In this document: positions 38,011 through 45,692 of the stretch, piece by piece | Position numbering within the stretch: the first letter of the stretch is position 1 | Layout: every line of letters begins with the position of its first letter | Origin: Ginkgo biloba | Lineage: Eukaryota > Plantae > Ginkgophyta | Length of the DNA: 45,692 bases | Direction: 5' to 3' | NCBI GenBank assembly: GCA_024626585.2 | Contig: JANKJI020000004.1 | Coordinates: 68,454,600 to 68,500,291 of the forward strand | Made by a program: the position numbers and the translations under genes | Notes under the pieces: model-generated | The model's input: the letters and a program-made list of their open reading frames with translations, nothing else | Databases searched by the model: none | Told to the model about the DNA's origin: nothing

Positions 38011-39979
38011 TGAGCTACATGCTCTTAAGGAAGCGTGACTGAAGTTTGTTCAATTCNNNNNNNNNNNNNNNNNNNNNNNNNNNNNNNNNNNNNNNNNNNN
38101 NNNNNNNNNNNNNNNNNNNNNNNNNNNNNNNNNNNNNNNNNNNNNNNNNNNNNNNNATTTTACTCATTTTCCTATTAATTATTCACTAAACTAATGTAAA
38201 TAATTTTCAAATTTCTTACATGAATTTAAATATAGTCTATCCAAATATTTAGAAACTAATTTCCTTCACTTGGTTGGGTTTACTATGTGAATGCACAAGT
38301 ATATTGAAAAGGGAAATTTGTCACTACTTATTGTTAGTTGTCATTGGTGGTTGTTATATTGATAATTATCTATAAAATTTTCAAAGTGTCACAACATTGT
38401 GATTCATCTTCCACCTTTATTAAAAATTCAAGCTTGAAATCTTGCCTTAAATCATCATTGATTTATTTTATCTTGATCAATTTTTTAACATCTCAAAACA
38501 TGTATTTAAATGCCATAATTCACATGATGTAACTATTATTACACTCTTATTATATGATTTATCTAAGTTTTTCATTTTAATGGCTTCAGAATCCATACTT
38601 AGAAAAATATTCCTTATACCCTTTCTTGTTAATTATTCTTGAACTTAATCCATCTAGTGTCCATGTTGAATACTCTTCTAATCCCTATGGGATTTATAAT
38701 AGTTTATTGATGTTTATATTATAGAATATTCCTCAATATTCTTAATTTATGTCATGTGGACTTGTGAAAATAATTTTGAATTTATCATTTGTCTGATTAT
38801 TGGAAGTTTCTCAATTTTCCAGCCCCCTCAATTAGTAGTAGACTCATAGAGCTTGAGGTGGGGCTCATCACTTCCCTATAGCAGTGCTTTCTAGTAGTGT
38901 GAAGTCCAAGGTTTCATTTGCCCCTAAATCATCCTCTATATATGTCTCCCTCAGACCCCAACTCCTCCTTTTTTTGTCTCAGCCAGGTCACTCCTTTCTC
39001 TTCGAGAATTGATAAGGTGGTTTGGGTGGCTAGGGATATAGCCCATCTCACTGGCTGTGGCAACTAACACTCCCTCTTTCCTGATCCCCTAGGCTGGGGG
39101 GAAGCATCAAGATTCTCACTTCTAATAAAAGGTTTTTTTACTATGTCAATGCTTGATATTAAGGGAAAAAATGATACATANNNNNNNNNNNNNNNNNNNN
39201 NNNNNNNNNNNNNNNNNNNNNNNNNNNNNNNNNNNNNNNNNNNNNNNNNNNNNNNNNNNNNNNNNNNNNNNNNNNNNNNNAATCACTTCTAATCAGCCTT
39301 TCATAAATTTATATTATTTAACATCAATGGGTAACCTAAATTATCCTTACTATCTTGGTATCCTAACATTTGAAAAATTATCTCATGATCAATAGATATA
39401 TATTCTTAATGCCATCACTTTTCAAACTTTTTGGTTAGGGCTAGTCATGATTTTATAATATTTGATAAAGACTAACAAAACATTTTGAAATAATAAATAT
39501 TTTTTATTTGGATTAAGTGTAAGTTAATTTTTTAGGGTGGTAGAGAAATTCTCTTATTTATATTTTTTATCTTTTGGTATTATTTCCCAAACTATCTTTA
39601 TGATCCTCTTATTATAATCTACAAGCCTATAATAAATTGTGTTTACAACCATACACACCTAGAATCCTTTCATATATATATATATATTTTTATAACTACC
39701 TCCTATTCTATACATATATACAAGAATTAATGAACAATATATTAAATAACTTTGAAATATATTTAAGTGAGCACCATTATCTCACCCCTCCACTAGTTTA
39801 TCATCCAATTTATATATTGGTGTTCATCCATTCTTATAGAGATTCTCAAAGACTTAAGGTCTTAGCCACTAGTTTTAAGATTATTCTTAATATTTTTATA
39901 TTTATTGTTATAAATTAAGACAATATCACCTTGATTAAATCACACCCTTNNNNNNNNNNNNNNNNNNNNNNNNNNNNNN

Positions 39980-41229
39980 ATATTAAACTCTATGTTGGTG
40001 ATAAATCATAATCATTTATTTTCCTTCCAATTTAATCAAATACAATAATCTCTCTTATAGATATTTTGTCTTGCACCATTTTTCTTAGATGGAAATACTT
40101 AAGATTGGAACTTTAAATTTGATGGGAAATATTACTTCCTAGACATAAACTAATTAAAATGGTATCTAACAAGTAGGCTACTTATATGTGATCCTAAATG
40201 CCCATAATTTTGCATGTAGATTTTCTACCCAAACCTCCTTTTTTACATTATAGATCATTTCTAATAATATTTAAACATTGTATTATTGGAAGATTAACCT
40301 AATCCATTACACCTTAGACAATATAGTATCATATTAGAAATNNNNNNNNNNNNNNNNNNNNNNNNNNNNNNNNNNNNNNNNNNNNNNNNNNNNNNNNNNN
40401 NNNNNNNNNNNNNNNNNNNNNNNNNNNNNNNNNNNNNNNNNNNNNNNNNNNNNNNNNNNNNNNNNNNNNNNNNNNNNNNNNNNNNNNNNNNNNNNNNNNN
40501 NNNNNNNNNNNNNNNNNNNNNNNNNNNNNNNNNNNNNNNNNNNNNNNNNNNNNNNNNNNNNNNNNNNNNNNNNNNNNNNNNNNNNNNNNNNNNNNNNNNN
40601 NNNNNNNNNNNNNNNNNNNNNNNNNNNNNNNNNNNTGTTATGGGTCTTCCAATCCTTTATAGGAATCACAAATTTTAGCCCATAAGTAATAATATTATAA
40701 GGATAATGGCCTTCATAATCTAGTCATTAATACCTTTCTAGATGTCAACTCTCTTAAATAAATCCCTCTTGCTAATCCTTCTTGTGAATATTATAGAATA
40801 TTAAATATCTCCTTTGGCATGCTATATCTTCTTAAAATATCATCTTTTCCTAATTTATACAATTGGGCTTTAATTAGTTTATAAGACATGTCCTTTCGAG
40901 CTAAATTATTCCTTTATTAAATAGCCATTTTCTTTAGTGTTATTTTTTTTAAAGAAATTTTATCCTTTTTCTTAAATAATTAGGTATAACTTTTAGTTAG
41001 ACAAGATTAAAATTAGGAAATTCATCCTTAATCTCCACATTTTATCTTATGTCAATTATTAACAAATAATTTGGTCCTAAATGACTCCTTTAGAGATTTA
41101 TAAAATGTGAAAATCATATTCCTAAAATAGTGTAGGGGATATTTTATAATAAAGACCATATCTCATATATGACATAGATTAAGGTATGATGTCATGTAGA
41201 GATAAACCTTTAATTTAAGTATTTGTTAA
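39980..41229 (-). mobile_element. Degenerate Ty3/gypsy integrase
   Basis: Minus strand reads LWAFRITYK*PTC*IPF*LVYV*EVIFPIKFKVP (matches ALWAYRT..TPFxLVYG.EA.LP.E). Zinc-finger region traces at ~40640-40720. Confidence 0.75.
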
Positions 41230-42539
41230 NNNNNNNNNNNNNNNTAAAATGGATGTAATTATGATCAAATATAATTAACAGTAAGAATTTCTATCCCATA
41301 GAGTTTTTGTAAAGGCATTTGCCTATAAATATGTATGGATAAGAACCTTAAGGGAGAGATCCGAGTGTGTATGTATTATGAATTTAAATGAATGATATTA
41401 TTTTTTTATATCCCAAACTAGTATTTATTATGTGATTGATTGATGTGTTATGATATTTTGGTTCCATGCATGTGTTCGGATGCATTGTAGGGAGAAAGTT
41501 AGAGTGAACTTTGACATGATAGTTAATGTATAGGAAAGATGGGAAGATTAGTCTTAGAGAAAAATAGGAAGACTATTTATCTATGAATATTTGAGGCATT
41601 AGACCATAAGAACGAACTATAATCTATATTGGATAGATCAATGAAGTAGACAATTGGAACAAAACATAGCTAAACATTGGTTCCATTACCAAAGTATTAA
41701 AGTTATGAACAATAATAGAAAGACTCTTTTATGAGATTAGATAGTTTGAATTTGAGAATTGAATCCCTAAATACAACTAGAAAGAGAAATTAGGAGGCCA
41801 TTATTATGAATCTATGTCAAAAATGTCCATGATTTAAATATCAAAGATTGAAGTACGAGGACAAATTATCTCGTGTATTCACCACAAGCTCGAATGGACT
41901 CAAAAATTAAAAAGAATATGTGTTATATGTCCTTCGCATATACCATAATATTTCAAAGACTCTACAAACATTAAGTCATTATAATCTNNNNNNNNNNNNN
42001 NNNNNNNNNNNNNNNNNNNNCAACCAAAATACCCTCATAGTGTGGTACTATGTAGATTGTCATATGGTGTCGCAAGTACTACTCTTATGACCTAGTCTAA
42101 AAGAACATTGTTACCTTATGACCTTATGAAAAGTAACATGGATTTATCAAGATAAGTATCAGAGGAGAAGATAAGGAAAGACTTTAGATCTAAAAAAAAA
42201 AGGCTATCACAATAATTCTGAATATGAGTTATTCAAAAATAGGAAAACTAGGCCATTAACATCAATTATTTGACCCTCCTTCAGAGGAAAGAGAAGCATT
42301 ACCTAACTATAATCATCTCCTCTACCTCTTGGGAACTATAAAGCAACTTTATTGGTAATCCAAGGATAACTTACCATATGGAATACATCTTGCAGGCCAA
42401 AACCCTTGTTTAAAAATAGCAATAAAACACTAGCAAATCCATCTAGACTTGTTAAAGATGAAGTGAGACTATATATTAGATGGATCAAATGTGGTTAACA
42501 CGGGAAGAGGACCACAACTATAGAATCTAGTCATGTTGG

Positions 42540-45500
42540 AATAAATAGGAAGTAATGTCACACCTGCACCAATTTTAGACGCATCTTTACATATTTATAC
42601 TTTTGATGAAAGTGGGGATGGTGAAAGATATCTCTTTACCCATGAAATCATCTAGGATACCAGAGGAATCATAGATGATAATATTAAATGGAGAAATTTT
42701 GTAACTAATCTCTAAGGACTAGCACAGGACTAGTACCAAAAAACCAATACCACTCAAGCATGGACCACTTGGGCCATGATTGAAGAATCCTTTAAGGACA
42801 CATATGCATATCTATAACCAACACATATAACATTCATAGACCTAAAGAACTTACAACAAAAATGGTAAGTGTCCATCAGGTATTTTGATGGATGATTTAA
42901 GATACTAGTTGTAAAGCTTTCATACACCCTACCAAAGGAGTAGAAGCTTAATTGATTTGTAGTCAGTCTCAGATCTAACATCCGCACCTAGGTCAAATAA
43001 GAAAATATGCAAACTTATCGCGAATCCTTACTCAAAGTAATTTAGATGGAAGTTAAAGACTATTGGACAAGGATGGACGTGTTATAAAAAACTAACAAAC
43101 TATCCCAAATAGTGAAAGAGTTGCAAGAGTCCATTAAAAAACTGAGTAGTAAGCCAAACTCAAAAAAGGATCTTGTATTATGTAAAGCATGTAGAACAAA
43201 ACACCCAAAGAATGAGTGTCCCGCACCAAAGGAAACCCAGCACATCAATTCAAAAATACGACGAAAAAGAAAAGAACGACGACAACTTCTGTGACACATA
43301 ACACTTGGCGCCACAACAAGAACAATTACTAGAGCAATCCCAAGAATCACAATAAGCAACCATCCAACAAAGACAACACAAGATCCAATTAGACCAAGGC
43401 ACCAGAAGATGTTGAAATGGTTGATGCATTCAAAGTTGATGCCGAATTGAAAGTTGTAGATGTTCACATCATGAAATGTTTCAAATGTAATGGTTCGGGT
43501 CACACCTCATGAACATGTCACTTCTCCATACCAAGCGTCATGATTTGTCAAGTATACTATGTCTGTGATTACAAAACCAAGTCTTGTCCTATTTTGTTGG
43601 AACAAGTTAAAATCATGAAGTTGGTGAGAATAAGGATACCCGCCTTGCGACTCGCTCCAATCTGCAAGGATACCAACAACACAATGAAAAAGGGAACACC
43701 TCTCAAACACAAAAGGGTAAGGAAAAGGAAAAGGTTGAATATCCTAACCCAAAACAACAGAAACGACATTACTGCCGCGCACAAGACTCACTTCTAGAGT
43801 CCAACAGACCAACCGCCTCTTTGGAAAAGGCACAAGAGGTCAAACAATTTGAAAATCAGACATCACACTAGGAGCATTAGCTCCTACAACTAATGAGAGG
43901 TTTGCGCCTCGAAAAGTATGCGCTCTCTAAACTCTCCGAGCTTTGCCAAGCTCTGGGTAGTTGGGAGCCAATCACTGTACAATCCACCAGAACCACCAGA
44001 CAAAAGATTTTAGAACCATCTGTCACAATCAAGATGCATCATCATCTTCGTGCAAATGTGGAAAGACATGGATGCCCCCTAATGGAAAAATCTAAAGTCA
44101 TCATTTGGATGGTTGATCATCGCCCATCCATACCAAAAGGATCACTAGTAAATACAATAATTTCTTGTGGTAGCTTGGAAACCTTCAAGAACCTTGAAGT
44201 TCTTAAGCTCTCGGATAAAAGCAACAATTTTAGGGTTCTTCTTGGGACTCCTTGTATAAAGGATATGCAAGGCTCTATCAACCTAGAAAAATAACAAATG
44301 AAATTTAAATAGGGTGATATTTGGTTATATGTCCATCTAAATCACAACAAAGAGCCGCTAGAAAGAGCTCTTCAAACACTATTTTTGAAGGTAATGACTC
44401 TGAAGCCTGAGTAGAAAATCTCTATGCCTATTACAAGGAAAAGAATGAACCTGACGAGGATGACATACTTAGCTTTGGAGAGATAGGCTCTCAACTAGCC
44501 GACTCTAAAACTATGCTCAAAGAATGGGAAGGTGAATTCCATGAACTCCACTGCTTTGACAGTTTCCACATCATAGTTGAAGAACTAGATGATGCAAATG
44601 TGCTACAAGTTCAACTTGCCAAGAGGGTTTTCGATGGAAGGATGGATGCGCAATAGCATCTAAAGTGGTTTCTATATATACTGCCTGTAACATTAATAAG
44701 TAAAGGAAGATGGAATGGTTTTCCTTCACTTTGCGTGAGTAAGCAAGCAGACGATTTCACAACCATCGCAACAAATTTTCCATGTGGAATGATACACGCT
44801 TATCATTCCTCGCTCGCTTTGATTGTTGGAAGTCATGTTAGGCGCAACTGCAATATGACGTGATGTCTTGTCCCATTCAGTTCCTAGAAGTTCCATGCTC
44901 CACATGGGCGTAGTGGCTCATCAATGTAGAAATCAACAAAGATGTGTTCAAATTGAGTGCATTAGGATCCATGCTATATGGCATCCCATATACATGGGTA
45001 TACATACCTGGAAACCCAAAAATAAATCCAAAGATGGGAAAAAACCCAACATCAATTCATCCAATTGTGCATTCAAGAGAGAAATCCACCAAGCACGAGG
45101 TCGAAGGAACTCATCAGGAGAATGAAGGTTTTTACCTTCTCAGTCCAATCCAAAACATGTTCCCTGGCCCAAGTGCCAAAAGACAAAACAACAACCACGC
45201 TTCTCGTCCACATCCTACAAGAGACAGTTAAGGTAAGGGAAGTGTCTAAATTAAAACCAATTGATGATCCGAGGCACTCGTATCAGGAACCTTATAAGAC
45301 AACGACTCTGCACTTGGATGAGAAAGATCCAGGGAGAACATCGAGTTTGGCGACTATTGGGACGAAAGAATGGTCACCATGGCACATGATCTCTTCCGAG
45401 AATACTCCAATGTCTTTGCATGGACTTACAAGGATCTAGACGGTATTCCTCCTAAATTAGAGCAACTCCAGATTGAATTAGAAGACGGTGCAAAACCCAT

Positions 45501-45692
45501 AAGGTAGAGACCTACCGAAAGAACCCCAGGTACAAGCAAACAGTGCATGAGGAAATTGAAAAGTTACTTGAAGTTGGATGTATCTATCCGATCAACCAAA
45601 GCGAATGGGTTTCACCCATTGTAATCGCCAAAAAGAAGAATGGAAAGCTGCGCATATGTGTAGATTACCAGAAGTTGAACAATGTAACAAAA
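42540..45692 (+). mobile_element. Degenerate non-chromovirus Ty3/gypsy gag-protease-RT, continuing past the window end
   Basis: Gag remnants, zinc knuckles CKACRTKHPKNEC (43181) and CFKCNGSGHTS*TC (43477), protease-end VLLGTP, and RT start VFAWTYKDLDGIPP...EEIEKLLEVG..SEWVSPIVIAKKKNGKLRICVDYQKLN. Confidence 0.92.

Noticed and set aside
38157-39180. Possible copia gag remnant with a GC-richer insert
   Set aside because: Only vague similarity, with no diagnostic motif or termini.

Overview
Gapped, AT-rich eukaryotic genomic DNA from a land plant, probably a non-angiosperm such as a gymnosperm (inferred from gene and TE types, not proven). It holds two convergent host genes in a matrix of decayed retroelements. 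(1) On the + strand are the last six exons (6503-14844, all GT-AG and frame-consistent, ~503 aa) of a ZGRF1-like UPF1/DNA2-type SF1 helicase. It has a ~310-aa low-complexity tail ending in DDFAPTFNLGF*, which resembles the RMI1-binding MM2 motif of FANCM. (2) On the - strand is an intronless TM-kinase (26608-25470) of the MUSTACHES/At4g36180 LRR-RLK clade. It appears to lack the LRR ectodomain and has Lys at the beta3 catalytic position, where I recall Arg in that clade. The window starts with a tandemly duplicated, decayed RFWD3-type RING exon. The rest consists of a solo LTR with TSD, several Ty3/gypsy remnants (chromovirus and non-chromovirus), a LINE remnant, LTR ends with tRNA-Met PBS, a foldback element and minisatellites. 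I found no convincing multi-gene novel system. All homology calls rest on remembered motifs, not database searches.
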